A stretch of DNA of 64,000 bases from Candidatus Daviesbacteria bacterium GW2011_GWA1_41_61 (GTDB lineage: Bacteria > Patescibacteriota > Microgenomatia > Daviesbacterales > UBA10151). How positions within the stretch are numbered: position 1 is the first letter of the stretch; each line of letters starts with the position of its first letter. The notes beneath the pieces were generated by a model that did not search any database, was not told the origin of the DNA, and saw only the letters and a program-made list of their open reading frames with translations. Positions 19,993-29,953 of this stretch are shown piece after piece. A program made the translations under genes and the position numbers. The DNA lies in assembly GCA_000997385.1 (NCBI GenBank), contig LCBT01000002.1:119424-183423 (forward strand), read 5' to 3'.

Positions 19993-21384
19993 TTAGACTC
20001 TGGGAAATAGAGGCGGGGCTGATTTAATACTACCAGAAAACTGAGACAAGATGTTTTCAGCAGTTTGGGGAAGGAATGGCTGGAATAATTTGACAGTTTT
20101 AACTATTTCACTGATATAAGAAGTTAAAAGTTTTTGTAGTTTGTCTTTATCTTTTATTTCCCAGGGTTTTTCTTGGCTGATTTTTTCATCAATATTTTTT
20201 AAATAATGGTTAGCTACTACTAAAGCTCCGGAGAAATCCAAAGATTCAATCTTCTCCTCAAAATCTTTAGTTTCATGTTCTCCCATGTCTTGGTTAATAG
20301 ATAACCCTGATTTCTCACTCAATCTGGCTACCCTGGCCACTAGGTTACCTAGACCGTTAGCTAGATCAGCATTATAAAGTCTATCAAAAAGTTCCCAGGA
20401 AAAATTACCATCTTCTCCAAAAGGAAAAGCAGCCAATAAAACATAACGTGTTCCATCAACGCCATACTTATTTATCAATTCCTCTGGCTTAATAACATTA
20501 CCAATGGTTTTAGACATCTTTTCCCCATTGATGGTGAAAAAACCATGAGCAAAAACTTCTTTAGGAGGTTCTTCCCCAATAGATAGAAGCATTGCTGGCC
20601 AGATGACACTATGGAACCAGAGAATGTCTTTACCAACTAAATGTAAGTCTGCTGGCCAGAGGTCGTTTGCTGAACCATAGGTATAGTAGTTAATTAAAGC
20701 ATCGATCCAGACGTAGGTAGTGTGACTGGTGTCAAAAGGTAATGGGATGCCCCACTCTAAATTAGCCCTTGAGATAGAGATATCTTCCAATCCTTGACGG
20801 ATTTTTCCTAAAACCTCATTTTTTCTAGTCAAGGGCCTTACTTTAATTTTGTCTTCAGAGATTAGTTGTTCCAGTTTTTGTTGATAATCACTTAATCTGA
20901 AGTAATAATTTTCTTCAGCATAATCGATTGGTGCAGTTTTATGATCTGGACATAAACCATTAACCAGTTCATCTTTAGACATAAATTTCTCATGAGGTAC
21001 ACAATAAAGTCCTTTATAAAGACGAGGTTTTTCTTCAACAGCTCCATTTTTATACATCTTTAACAAAAATTCCTGGACTATTTTTATATGATCTTCATCA
21101 GTGGTTCTGATAAATCTGACATAGTTAATATTTAGTTTATCCCAAGTTTTTTTGAATTCCTGGGAGATTTTGTCAGCATATTCTTTTGGTTTTTCTCCGT
21201 GTTTTTTAGCCGCTTCTGCAATTTTGGCTCCATGTTCATCAGTGCCTGTTAAAAGCTGAGCTTCTTTCCCTTTTTGGTGGTGGTAACGGGTGAGGACATC
21301 AGCAGCTATAGTAGTGTAGGTATGCCCGATGTGGGGGACATCATTGACATAATAAATTGGTGTGGTAGCAAAGAACTTGTTCAT
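19993..21384 (-). CDS. metG: Methionine--tRNA ligase (short form)
   Basis: YYVNDVPHIGH, GTDEHG, YVWIDAL, KMSK. Confidence 0.95.
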   Translation of the reverse strand: MNKFFATTPIYYVNDVPHIGHTYTTIAADVLTRYHHQKGKEAQLLTGTDEHGAKIAEAAKKHGEKPKEYADKISQEFKKTWDKLNINYVRFIRTTDEDHIKIVQEFLLKMYKNGAVEEKPRLYKGLYCVPHEKFMSKDELVNGLCPDHKTAPIDYAEENYYFRLSDYQQKLEQLISEDKIKVRPLTRKNEVLGKIRQGLEDISISRANLEWGIPLPFDTSHTTYVWIDALINYYTYGSANDLWPADLHLVGKDILWFHSVIWPAMLLSIGEEPPKEVFAHGFFTINGEKMSKTIGNVIKPEELINKYGVDGTRYVLLAAFPFGEDGNFSWELFDRLYNADLANGLGNLVARVARLSEKSGLSINQDMGEHETKDFEEKIESLDFSGALVVANHYLKNIDEKISQEKPWEIKDKDKLQKLLTSYISEIVKTVKLFQPFLPQTAENILSQFSGSIKSAPPLFPRV

Positions 21385-21423
21385 AGGTTGGATTGTATCT
21401 TGATCCTAATAGCTTGTCAAAAA

Positions 21424-21879
21424 CTATTTATTTTCCAGTCTACTGATTCTGACTTTGGGTTTAGGTGTTGTTCTAGTCAGTTTTGGTAGTTTGGCTTTGG
21501 GTAAAGGTTTTAAAAGATGGAGTTTTTCTTCCTTAATGGAGTGGTAGAACCTAGCTTTGGGAGGTTTAGTAATGAATTTTAAGATTAAAATTATACTTAA
21601 AACTCCTAGAAAAAAAATTAGGGAGTTTAAAATACTAAGTGATTTTAAAAATAACAACAAAATTAAACCTAAAGATAAAAAGGCACTTTTGGCCCAGTTT
21701 TTTAAGATCAAGTGAGTAAATATGGTTAAAAATATTCCTAAGGGAATAAAAAATAATCCTAGCTGGGGAAGTGTAGCTTCATGCAAAGATTGAGGAGGTT
21801 CAACTTTTAAAACTACTGCGAGTAATGTTATAGCCGTAAAGATCAGCAGTAAGGGTATAAAACTATTTTTAGGCATCAA
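21424..21879 (-). CDS. Hypothetical membrane protein
   Basis: 4 TM segments plus basic tail. Confidence 0.6.
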   Translation of the reverse strand: MMPKNSFIPLLLIFTAITLLAVVLKVEPPQSLHEATLPQLGLFFIPLGIFLTIFTHLILKNWAKSAFLSLGLILLLFLKSLSILNSLIFFLGVLSIILILKFITKPPKARFYHSIKEEKLHLLKPLPKAKLPKLTRTTPKPKVRISRLENK

Positions 21880-21933
21880 ACCATTCTAACTTATTTGGGT
21901 TGTTTTTTCTTTTAGTTAGTTTAAAATAATCTT

Positions 21934-22158
21934 ATGCCTTTATCTGAAATTGCTTATCTTTCTATTTTAGGAAAACCTCTAATTTTTTATCTGGGTATTT
22001 TAACCTACCTGTTATTTGTCTTTACTGCCATACTTGGGTATTCTAATTTCCGAGGCAGACCTATTTTACCCTTTATCTGGCACCCCCGAATAGCTGCAGC
22101 TGCTTTAATTTTAGCTACCATCCATGGCCTACTGGCTTTATCTGTTTACTTTTTTTAA
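21934..22158 (+). CDS. Small membrane protein
   Basis: 2 TMs with His residues (WHP..ATIHG). Confidence 0.55.
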   Translation: MPLSEIAYLSILGKPLIFYLGILTYLLFVFTAILGYSNFRGRPILPFIWHPRIAAAALILATIHGLLALSVYFF

Positions 22159-22215
22159 ATAATACTCATTTTATCTTGAAATTCCTTTTCTCCCTTCTTG
22201 TGTTACAATTTTTTT

Positions 22216-22734
22216 ATGTTAAAGATTGATCCTCCAAATTATCAATATTGTCCCTTTTGTGGGAAAGGTTTGGGAGTAAGAGTGGAGGAAGGGAGAAAGA
22301 GAAAGTTTTGTTCCTCTTGCAGCTGGACTTATTACCCTTATGTGGCAGGGTCAGCAGGAGCAATTATCTTAAGAGGTGGTAAAGTCTTGATGGTTAAGCG
22401 AAAAAGAGAACCATATAAGGGAACTTGGATGTTTCCTGCGGGCTTTGTTGATTATGGTGAACATCCCAAAGAGACAGTGGTGCGAGAGGTTAAGGAAGAG
22501 ACAGGGCTAGAGGTTAAAACTGTTCAATTTGTAGATGTGATTCAAGCAGACGATGACCCGCGACAAATAGGGCACTTTATATTTTTATACAGGGTGGAAG
22601 TGGAAGATGGTGAGATGAAAACAGACGAGGAGGAAAATGAAGATATTTCTTGGGTAGAGATTAAAAATCCTCCTCCTATCGGCTGGCATGGCCACAAGCT
22701 GGTAATGAAAAAACTTCAGGAAAAGAAGTATTAA
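22216..22734 (+). CDS. NUDIX hydrolase with zinc ribbon
   Basis: CPFCG/CSSC; GFVDYGE..KETVVREVKEETGL Nudix box. Confidence 0.9.
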   Translation: MLKIDPPNYQYCPFCGKGLGVRVEEGRKRKFCSSCSWTYYPYVAGSAGAIILRGGKVLMVKRKREPYKGTWMFPAGFVDYGEHPKETVVREVKEETGLEVKTVQFVDVIQADDDPRQIGHFIFLYRVEVEDGEMKTDEEENEDISWVEIKNPPPIGWHGHKLVMKKLQEKKY

Positions 22735-22760
22735 ACTCCTACCACTTCAAAGGTAGAATC
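22731..22760 (-). repeat. Diverged duplicate of the sbcC 3' end
   Basis: Encodes DSTFEVVGV* versus GSTFEVVGI* at 23421-23450; 22/30 nt identical. Confidence 0.75.
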
Positions 22761-22764
22761 GTTA

Positions 22765-23412
22765 CTAGATTTCTGATGGGTCATCGCTTACTTTTACCCA
22801 ACCTTGCATCTCTTTCATCGGTACATGGGCTAGAGGGTTAACTCTGCCTTTTAAAAACCTGGGAAGAAACTCACTGATAATCCACCAGTCAAAAAATTGT
22901 TGGGGATTAGATGGGTCTATGGGAAGTAGATTCCATCTCTCAGGATAATATTCAAGACTTAAGCCGCTTATAATTTCTGCTTCTCTTAGTTGACCAAATC
23001 TTTCTTTTCCGGTTAATCTCCTTCCGTTACTGGAGAGAGTAACCCGTCCCTTGTATCCTCCATTGGAAGGCCGATCGTTAAACAGAACTTCCCCCAATTC
23101 TCCTTTAGAGGTGTTTCCCCAATGTTTCCAGGCTACAAGTTTAAGGCGGAGTTCTGATGAGAGGTCTCCTAGGAGAATCATATATCCACAAGCCCGATCC
23201 ATGATTTTTCCTCCTATAGTATAATATTCATCATCTCGAGAGAATCTGCCTCTTCTGGCAATGACTGTATCTGGGTCAATATCTAATAAGAATGTATCTA
23301 CTAAAACTGGAGAATAGAAATTTACTTTTCTTAAAAGACCCCAAAATGCTGGTGATGGGTTAGTAAATTGTTCACCTTTAGGGAAAAATTGATCCAGGTC
23401 TGCTCTTTCCAT
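22765..23412 (-). CDS. Hypothetical protein (orphan)
   Basis: 215-aa ORF directly downstream of sbcC. Confidence 0.65.
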   Translation of the reverse strand: MERADLDQFFPKGEQFTNPSPAFWGLLRKVNFYSPVLVDTFLLDIDPDTVIARRGRFSRDDEYYTIGGKIMDRACGYMILLGDLSSELRLKLVAWKHWGNTSKGELGEVLFNDRPSNGGYKGRVTLSSNGRRLTGKERFGQLREAEIISGLSLEYYPERWNLLPIDPSNPQQFFDWWIISEFLPRFLKGRVNPLAHVPMKEMQGWVKVSDDPSEI

Positions 23413-23420
23413 AGCTTGGA

Positions 23421-25652
23421 TTATATACCCACAACTTCAAAGGTGGAGCCTGTGGGGCCTTTATTAACTTCAACTCTCACTGGGAATTCTTCCTTTAACT
23501 CTTCTAAATGAGTGATGATTAAAATTTTTTCAAAATCATCTTTGATGGCATCCATGGCTTCCACAATCCTGGATCTTCCCTGGGCATCTTGGGTGCCAAA
23601 GCCTTCATCAATGACTAAAAACTGTAACTTAGCTCCGGCCCGATGAGTTAACAGTTTAGATAAAGCCAGTCTGATGGCAAAGTTGACCCTAAACTGCTCT
23701 CCTCCACTATAAGCTTCATAAGGCCTTTCTCCCATCTCATCAGAGATAATAATATCCAACGTCTCAATAATCCCCGGCGTTTTAGCCTGCCCTGAACTTT
23801 GTCGAAGGGTTTTTGTTTCCCGCTGAGTTTCAAATCTAACTTTCATCCGCCCTTCTGTCAGTCTGTCTAATAATCTGTTGGCCTCATCTTCAATCTCTGG
23901 GATGGCAGTTTCGATAATCATGGCCTGGATGCCTTTTTTGCCAAAAGCTAAAGCCAACTCTTCATAAGCTGCTTTTTCCTCCTGGAACTTTTTCTTCTCA
24001 GTATGTTTGTCTTTCTGCAAGTTTTCCAATTGCTCGGCTTGGGATACTAACTGCTTTGCTTCTCCTACCTTGCCCCGAAGCTCTAAAACTTTTTGAGCCA
24101 GTTCTTGTTTGATTGAATCTTTCCCTTGAAGTTTGCTTTTAACCTCTTCCAGCTGTTGTTGATAAAAAGTGAGCTGCTCTAAACCTTGGCTCTCTTTATC
24201 AATCTGCTCCTGTTTATTTTGAGAGATTTTAAGAAGATCACTAATCGTTTCTTGATGGGCTTTGACCGCAGTTTCTGCTTGCTGAAGTTTGGTATATAAA
24301 TCAACATATTTTTCTAAGTTAGTAATTTTGATATTTAAAAAGCTCCACTCTTTAGTCTCTTCTTCCAGTTTTTGGATAGAGATCTCTTTATCATCAGCTT
24401 CTTTTTGTTGAGGAATGAGATAGTTTTTAACCTGGGCAATCTGTTTTTCTAGAGTTTCCAATTGAGCATTGTTTTTTTTTAACTTAGCCTCATTTTTGAC
24501 GATAATTTCTTTATTTTTATCCTCACCGATATTCTGTCCGCAGGTAGGGCAGAGATCTTTGTGGGATTTTAAGTGATCGAGCTGTTTTTGATATTGTTCA
24601 TTTTCGGTTTGTAGCCTTTTAATATCCACTTCTAAAGAAGTAATCTTACGGCCCCGTCTGTCTTCTAGTTCCAGGAGCTGTTTTTGCAGGGCAGCCAGCT
24701 CGTCCTTAACTGTAATAAGCTCCGACCTTTTTCCTTCCAAAGCTTTCTTCTCCTCCTGGAGTTTTTGTAACTGCTGGTAGGCAGTTTCAATTTGCTGCCT
24801 TTGAGATAAGATTACCTGATATTCTGTTTGAGCTTTTTCTTTTAAGGAGATCTGCAGCTTTAAATCTGCCAACTCTTTTTGGGCTGCCTCAATTCTGGTC
24901 TTGGTTTCTTCTAAGGACTGAAGCTTGGTAGCTGCTGCCTCCCGTTCTTTATCAATAAGTTTTATTTGTGCTTCTACCTCTTTAAGTTGAGATTCTACTT
25001 TTTTAGCTTCCTCTTCCGCCTCGGTGAGAGCTTGTTCCCGAGCCTCTTTTTGAGAAAGTTCTGCTTCAATTTCTAGCAGTTGATATTCTAAAAGTTGTAA
25101 TTTAGTTTGGACCTCTTTGGCTTTTTCCTTAGCTTTTTCTTCCAACTTATCATAGTGGGATAGTCCCAAAATATCTGCCAAAATCCTTTTTCGATCGGAA
25201 GGGCCTTTGGTGGTAAATTCATCAGCATGCCCTTGTCTTAAAAAAGCAGAGTTGATAAAGGTCTCATAAGTTAAATGGAGAGTATCAATAATTTTTTGTT
25301 GGGTAGTTTTGATAGTGCCTTCAGTTAAGTTATAAGAGTTAGAAAACATTTCTAAAGAAGTTTGTCCGCCTCCTTTTAAGACTCTACCTCGTTTGACAGT
25401 ATAGATATGCTCGTCTAGCTGAAAGGAAAACTCTACCGTCATACAAGTTTGTCCTAGCCTGACCAGTTGATCTGCTGAATCTCCCAGTCTGGATGAGCCC
25501 CACAAACACCAGGTAATAGAGTCTAAAAGTGATGATTTACCGGCCCCGTTTTGACCCGATATGGCTGCCATATGAAACTGGGTAAAGTCCAGCTCAGGGA
25601 CATCAGCTCCATAAGAGGTAAAATTTGCTAGTTTTAATTTAACAGGAATCAT
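23421..25652 (-). CDS. sbcC: SbcC/Rad50 SMC-family ATPase
   Basis: GQNGAGKS, CPTC zinc hook, YSGGE, LVIDEGFG, coiled coils. Confidence 0.93.
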   Translation of the reverse strand: MIPVKLKLANFTSYGADVPELDFTQFHMAAISGQNGAGKSSLLDSITWCLWGSSRLGDSADQLVRLGQTCMTVEFSFQLDEHIYTVKRGRVLKGGGQTSLEMFSNSYNLTEGTIKTTQQKIIDTLHLTYETFINSAFLRQGHADEFTTKGPSDRKRILADILGLSHYDKLEEKAKEKAKEVQTKLQLLEYQLLEIEAELSQKEAREQALTEAEEEAKKVESQLKEVEAQIKLIDKEREAAATKLQSLEETKTRIEAAQKELADLKLQISLKEKAQTEYQVILSQRQQIETAYQQLQKLQEEKKALEGKRSELITVKDELAALQKQLLELEDRRGRKITSLEVDIKRLQTENEQYQKQLDHLKSHKDLCPTCGQNIGEDKNKEIIVKNEAKLKKNNAQLETLEKQIAQVKNYLIPQQKEADDKEISIQKLEEETKEWSFLNIKITNLEKYVDLYTKLQQAETAVKAHQETISDLLKISQNKQEQIDKESQGLEQLTFYQQQLEEVKSKLQGKDSIKQELAQKVLELRGKVGEAKQLVSQAEQLENLQKDKHTEKKKFQEEKAAYEELALAFGKKGIQAMIIETAIPEIEDEANRLLDRLTEGRMKVRFETQRETKTLRQSSGQAKTPGIIETLDIIISDEMGERPYEAYSGGEQFRVNFAIRLALSKLLTHRAGAKLQFLVIDEGFGTQDAQGRSRIVEAMDAIKDDFEKILIITHLEELKEEFPVRVEVNKGPTGSTFEVVGI
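23789..23810. repeat. Short CTGA...GAAG hairpin element inside sbcC
   Basis: gccctgaactttgtcgaagggt, near-identical to the copy at 26325-26345. Confidence 0.75.
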
Positions 25653-25662
25653 ATACTTTATA

Positions 25663-26826
25663 TCAACCTTCTAAAATAGATGCAGCATACTTTTCTAACT
25701 GTTTGATTTTTTCTGGACTGTATTTTTTGGATTCAAAATATTTTTGTAGAGCTTCAATGGGAGTTAGTCTTTCTACCTCTTCCTGACCCTCTAAAATAGT
25801 CCTCTCTTTTCTTTCTACATTTCTGGAGATGCCAGCAATAAAGTAGGCTGAATCTAAAGCTTTTTTAATTTTATCCATAGAGATCTCTTTACTGACTGAA
25901 GCTGGGATATCGATTATCAGACGAACCACCTTATTTTCTACGTCATGTTTTTTGATTTCTTTAAGAATAATTTCGGTAGGTTCTACCTCCTCCTCTTGTA
26001 ATGAAACCCTTATGGTTAAGAATTTCCGAGCATCAGAGGGGACAAAATCATAAGTGGTTTGGGCTGGTGTGGAGATATTAACTATTACAAATCCCTTCTC
26101 TTCCTTTTCTTCTCCAAAATCAATTCTTTGCGGTGAACCAGAATAAATAACTGGCGGATCTTTGGCCAAAACCTGATACTTATGAATGTGGCCTAAGGCA
26201 ACATAAGAAAGTTTTCTGTTTGTTAAAAGAGACAGGGGAATGGCGACATCATTGATAATAGCCAACCCCTTTTCGCTGCCAAAAGAAGCCCCTTCTACCT
26301 CCAGGTGTCCTACCAAAATAGCTGGCCCTGAGCTTGTCGAAGGGTTGATTTTTTCATACATGGCCGGCAGTTTATCTCCTAAAGTTTTAAACTCCCCTTT
26401 ATGCAGCCAGGGAGCAGTCAAAACTTGTAGATTTCCGGATTTAGTAGGGATGTTAAAAAACTGGGGTTGTCTGGAAACCCAAACATTCTCCATCTCTAAA
26501 GCAGAATAAATATCTAAAGTGTTGGCTTTGCCCTCCGCATTAGGGGTATCATGGTTGCCCACTACTAAAACAACCGGAATTCCGGCTTTGGTGATTTTTC
26601 TGATTCTTTCCCCAAAACCCCGTTGTTGGGTAGGAGAGGGATCACGGGTTTTATAAGCATCACCGGCAAAGATAAAAGCATCTAACTTTTTTTGGATAGC
26701 ATAGTCCACCATTAAATCCAAAGTTTTGAAAAAATCCAGAAGTCTACTTTCCAGCCCGGTTTCCGGGTCCAACTTAGAATAATTGGTCATGCCAATATGT
26801 AAATCTGCAGTATGAAGTAGTTTCAT
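25663..26826 (-). CDS. sbcD: SbcD/Mre11 nuclease
   Basis: HTADLH, AGD, GNHD, ALGHIH, YSGS..DFGE. Confidence 0.93.
   Translation of the reverse strand: MKLLHTADLHIGMTNYSKLDPETGLESRLLDFFKTLDLMVDYAIQKKLDAFIFAGDAYKTRDPSPTQQRGFGERIRKITKAGIPVVLVVGNHDTPNAEGKANTLDIYSALEMENVWVSRQPQFFNIPTKSGNLQVLTAPWLHKGEFKTLGDKLPAMYEKINPSTSSGPAILVGHLEVEGASFGSEKGLAIINDVAIPLSLLTNRKLSYVALGHIHKYQVLAKDPPVIYSGSPQRIDFGEEKEEKGFVIVNISTPAQTTYDFVPSDARKFLTIRVSLQEEEVEPTEIILKEIKKHDVENKVVRLIIDIPASVSKEISMDKIKKALDSAYFIAGISRNVERKERTILEGQEEVERLTPIEALQKYFESKKYSPEKIKQLEKYAASILEG
26325..26345. repeat. Short CTGA...GAAG hairpin element inside sbcD
   Basis: gccctgagcttgtcgaagggt; encodes PSTSSG. Confidence 0.75.
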
Positions 26827-26881
26827 GGCAAAGATTATACCCCCGGGATCAGCAGAAGAAAATCCGTAATAACTGATATTA

Positions 26882-27001
26882 AACTGGTCAAAAATTGTCG
26901 CTGAGCCTTATCACCCCTCAGAAGATCCTCAGATGTGGTTAGCCATACTTGCTGATCCAGATAATAACTGCTTCCAAATAGGCTCCCCAATGGAGTTTTA
27001 A
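26882..27001 (+). pseudogene. C-terminal fragment of a VOC/glyoxalase-like gene
   Basis: Manual translation KIVAEPYHPSEDPQMWLAILADPDNNCFQIGSPMEF*; no intact 5' part. Confidence 0.5.
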
Positions 27002-27211
27002 ATCTCTTCAAACTTGGCTTCTTTGGGATAGAGTAAAAGATAAGGATAGCCTTGTTGGTTTATTTTAATTCCCTTGCAGTCCTTTTTTTAAAAATTGAAT
27101 CATCTGCTGGGCAGTTTTCTTAGGATCTACTTCTTTTTTGCCAATATACTCTATCTCTACAAAATCCCCCAAGCCTTTGACCTTATCAATCTCTATTTCA
27201 GTATTTTCCAT
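26998..27211 (-). pseudogene. CYTH (class IV adenylate cyclase-like) C-terminal fragment with frameshift
   Basis: EIEIDKVKGLGDFVEIE...GYPYLLL; frame breaks at an A-run. Confidence 0.55.
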
Positions 27212-27270
27212 ATTCCCCGATTATAACCTACTAGGAAAGTAGAGGGGGTGGGTGGTATAATTTTTGCTAC

Positions 27271-27825
27271 ATGAAGGCCACTCAGCAGCTAAAAGATGAA
27301 CATCAAGGGGTACTGTTGATGTTGGATATTTTAGAAGAGATTAGTCAGAGACTGAAAAAAGGACAGCAAGTTGATCTTACCCATCTAAACCAGATTTTAG
27401 AGTTTTTACAAGTTTTTGTCGATAAATGCCACCACAGTAAAGAAGAGGAGCTTTTATTCCCAGCCTTGGAAGAAAGTGGCATTCCCAAAGAAGATGGCCC
27501 TATTGGAATGATGCTTGTAGAACATGATATGGGCAGGGGGTATATTAAGGGCTTAAGGGAAGCTATCTTAAAGTATGAAAATGGAGAGGGGAAAGCTGCT
27601 GGGGAAATTGCGAAGAATACCCAAAAGTATATTGTTTTACTAAGGGAGCATATTGATAAAGAGGATAATATTTTATATATGATGGCTGACATGCATCTTG
27701 ATGAGGTAATCCAGAAAAGGTTGGCAAAAGAGTTTGAGAAGGTAGAAATGGAAAAAATCGGGGCAGGCAAACACCAACAGTTTCACAAACTTCTGGATAA
27801 TTTAAAAGAGATCTACCTTCAATAA
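27271..27825 (+). CDS. Hemerythrin (HHE) domain protein
   Basis: EH, HHSKEEELLFP, EHDMGR, EHIDKEDNILY. Confidence 0.9.
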   Translation: MKATQQLKDEHQGVLLMLDILEEISQRLKKGQQVDLTHLNQILEFLQVFVDKCHHSKEEELLFPALEESGIPKEDGPIGMMLVEHDMGRGYIKGLREAILKYENGEGKAAGEIAKNTQKYIVLLREHIDKEDNILYMMADMHLDEVIQKRLAKEFEKVEMEKIGAGKHQQFHKLLDNLKEIYLQ

Positions 27826-27836
27826 TTCCCCTTTTT

Positions 27837-28328
27837 TTGCTATTATCATTTAATGAACATCCTTTAAGGATAGGCTTAAGTTTTGGTTTAACTTCAGGAG
27901 TGATTGCTACCTTAGGACTGATGGTGGGCCTTTACTCTACCACCCAATCTCAACTGGCAGTAGTGGGGGCAATTTTGACTATATCTATCGCTGATGCTTT
28001 CTCTGATGCTTTGGGAATTCATGTCTCCCAGGAAACAGACAGTAAATATTCTCTTAAAGAGGTTTGGCAAGCCAGTGGAGCTACCTTGCTGTTTAAATTT
28101 TTGTTTGCCCTAATTTTTGTTATTCCAGTGCTAACTTTAAGTTTAAGTACGGCTATTTGGACAAAGGTTATTTTAGGTTTAACTTTCTTAAACATTTTTA
28201 GCGTTTTTTTGGCTAAACAAAGAGGAGAAAAGGTTTTAGGGGTGGTTTTGGAACATTCCGCTATTGCTATACTCGTGATTATAGCCAGCGGTTTGGTAGG
28301 CAGTTTGATCTCCCAAATATTTAGGTAG
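27837..28328 (+). CDS. VIT1/CCC1-like membrane protein
   Basis: FGLTSG, IADAFSDALGIHVSQE; 5 TMs; start uncertain. Confidence 0.7.
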   Translation: MLLSFNEHPLRIGLSFGLTSGVIATLGLMVGLYSTTQSQLAVVGAILTISIADAFSDALGIHVSQETDSKYSLKEVWQASGATLLFKFLFALIFVIPVLTLSLSTAIWTKVILGLTFLNIFSVFLAKQRGEKVLGVVLEHSAIAILVIIASGLVGSLISQIFR

Positions 28329-28334
28329 CTAAAT

Positions 28335-28841
28335 TTAAACTCTGTAAAAATAAAAGTTGTTGATCTTTGTAAATGGCTGCCAGTTTTTGAAATGATAGGT
28401 TTGGGTTATCACTACCGATCTTTTATTAAGCTCCTTTTTAAGTTTTCCTTCCAGCTTATCCAAAGCTTTGGGCAGAAGATAGATATAGACGATATCAGCT
28501 GGGTAATAACTGCGGTCAAAGATATTGCCGTGAAAGAAATGAGCATTAGGAAGCTTTAATTTAGATGCTTGATAGCGGCTGAACCAGACTCTCAGCCAAG
28601 ATTGTTCTATCCCATAAGCTTGGGCTCCTGTGGCAGCTGCTTTTAGGACTACCCGTCCATCGCCTGAGCCCAGTTCATAAAAATTTTTGCCCTTTTTAAG
28701 TCCAGCCCGCTTAAATATGGACTGTAAAGAATGCATCTTAGTAGGAATAAAAGGAGCATCGGTCCCAGCAAACCAAGAGAGAGCTAGAAAACAAACTAGC
28801 AACAAAAATAAAGTCAGGATGAAGATAGAATCCATAGACAA
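28335..28841 (-). CDS. Class I SAM-dependent methyltransferase
   Basis: APFIPT, ELGSGDGR, DIVYIYL. Confidence 0.85.
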   Translation of the reverse strand: MSMDSIFILTLFLLLVCFLALSWFAGTDAPFIPTKMHSLQSIFKRAGLKKGKNFYELGSGDGRVVLKAAATGAQAYGIEQSWLRVWFSRYQASKLKLPNAHFFHGNIFDRSYYPADIVYIYLLPKALDKLEGKLKKELNKRSVVITQTYHFKNWQPFTKINNFYFYRV

Positions 28842-28847
28842 CCCATT

Positions 28848-29882
28848 TTATCTTTGAACCAGCTTTAAGAGAAGTACCTTAATTTTATTAAACTTTTCTA
28901 AAGTATTAATCAGGATGTAAATAAGAGGGTTAAAAACCAGATCGTAAGTCCCGATGTATTCAACCAACTCTGCCCCTAGATTTTCTTTAAGACGGCTGAA
29001 ACCAAAATAGGGATCTTTAGCTCCTAAGTTAGGGTTAGCTCCCCCCCACAGATCAAATTTTTTTAACTTCAACTTTTTACCCAACTTAATGGCTTCCCAA
29101 GCAGTTAAGGTGGGAGCCATAACATTTTTATACTCTTTTAACGATCCTCCATAAGGGTAGTAAAGCGTATCTTTAAAATTAGTTATCATCCAAGCATTTA
29201 AAGGCAGAGGCTCTTTTTTATCTGACGGTTGGTAAAAAGCAATTAAAAGACGGGCCATTTGAGCTTGCTTTAAAGTTTCCCAGACCTGGCGGTGATATTT
29301 ATGAGTATGGCTTAAAAATCCCTGCCTTTGGGTAGTGGCAAAATGTAATTTGAGATAGATGGCAAAAGCTTGATCATCGGTCCTCTCTTCAACTTTCACC
29401 CCATGTTTTTGCGCGACCTTAATATTATACCTAAACTTAGGGTGCATTTTTTTTAAAATCTCTTCTTCTGGCTGGGTCAGATCTAATAGGTAGTTATATT
29501 TAGTAAACAAAGGCTTAGGTGAAACTTTAAATTTTTTATCTATTCTTAACCCTTTCCCTTTAACACTTAACGCTTCTACATCTGGTTCTACTTTGATAAA
29601 AGCGCATCTTTCTTCCTGAGCGATTTTTTTTAAAGCTTGGGCCAGATTTTCATCAGGGAAAGGGCCTTTGGGCAGATAACCAATATATGAGTTGGACAGA
29701 GGGATCTTATGGAAGGTCAGCTGAAAAGCTTGAACCATTTTTCCGTTTTTATAAAGACCATATCTTTTAACTTTAGTTCCCAGGCTTTGTCTGAATTCTC
29801 CCCACTGCCAAGACTGCATAATATGGGTCACTAAACTGTTGTATTCTTTTTTTTGTTGATCGGTAACGAGTTTTAAATCCAC
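28848..29882 (-). CDS. FemABX/lipid II peptidyltransferase family
   Basis: QSWQWGEFR, RYNIKVAQKHGV, FDLWG, GFSRLK. Confidence 0.88.
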   Translation of the reverse strand: MDLKLVTDQQKKEYNSLVTHIMQSWQWGEFRQSLGTKVKRYGLYKNGKMVQAFQLTFHKIPLSNSYIGYLPKGPFPDENLAQALKKIAQEERCAFIKVEPDVEALSVKGKGLRIDKKFKVSPKPLFTKYNYLLDLTQPEEEILKKMHPKFRYNIKVAQKHGVKVEERTDDQAFAIYLKLHFATTQRQGFLSHTHKYHRQVWETLKQAQMARLLIAFYQPSDKKEPLPLNAWMITNFKDTLYYPYGGSLKEYKNVMAPTLTAWEAIKLGKKLKLKKFDLWGGANPNLGAKDPYFGFSRLKENLGAELVEYIGTYDLVFNPLIYILINTLEKFNKIKVLLLKLVQR

Positions 29883-29953
29883 TCCACAATTATATCTTCT
29901 TCCGGTTTACAGAAATAGTAGTTTGTGTTAAAATTATATAGGCTATATTAAAG

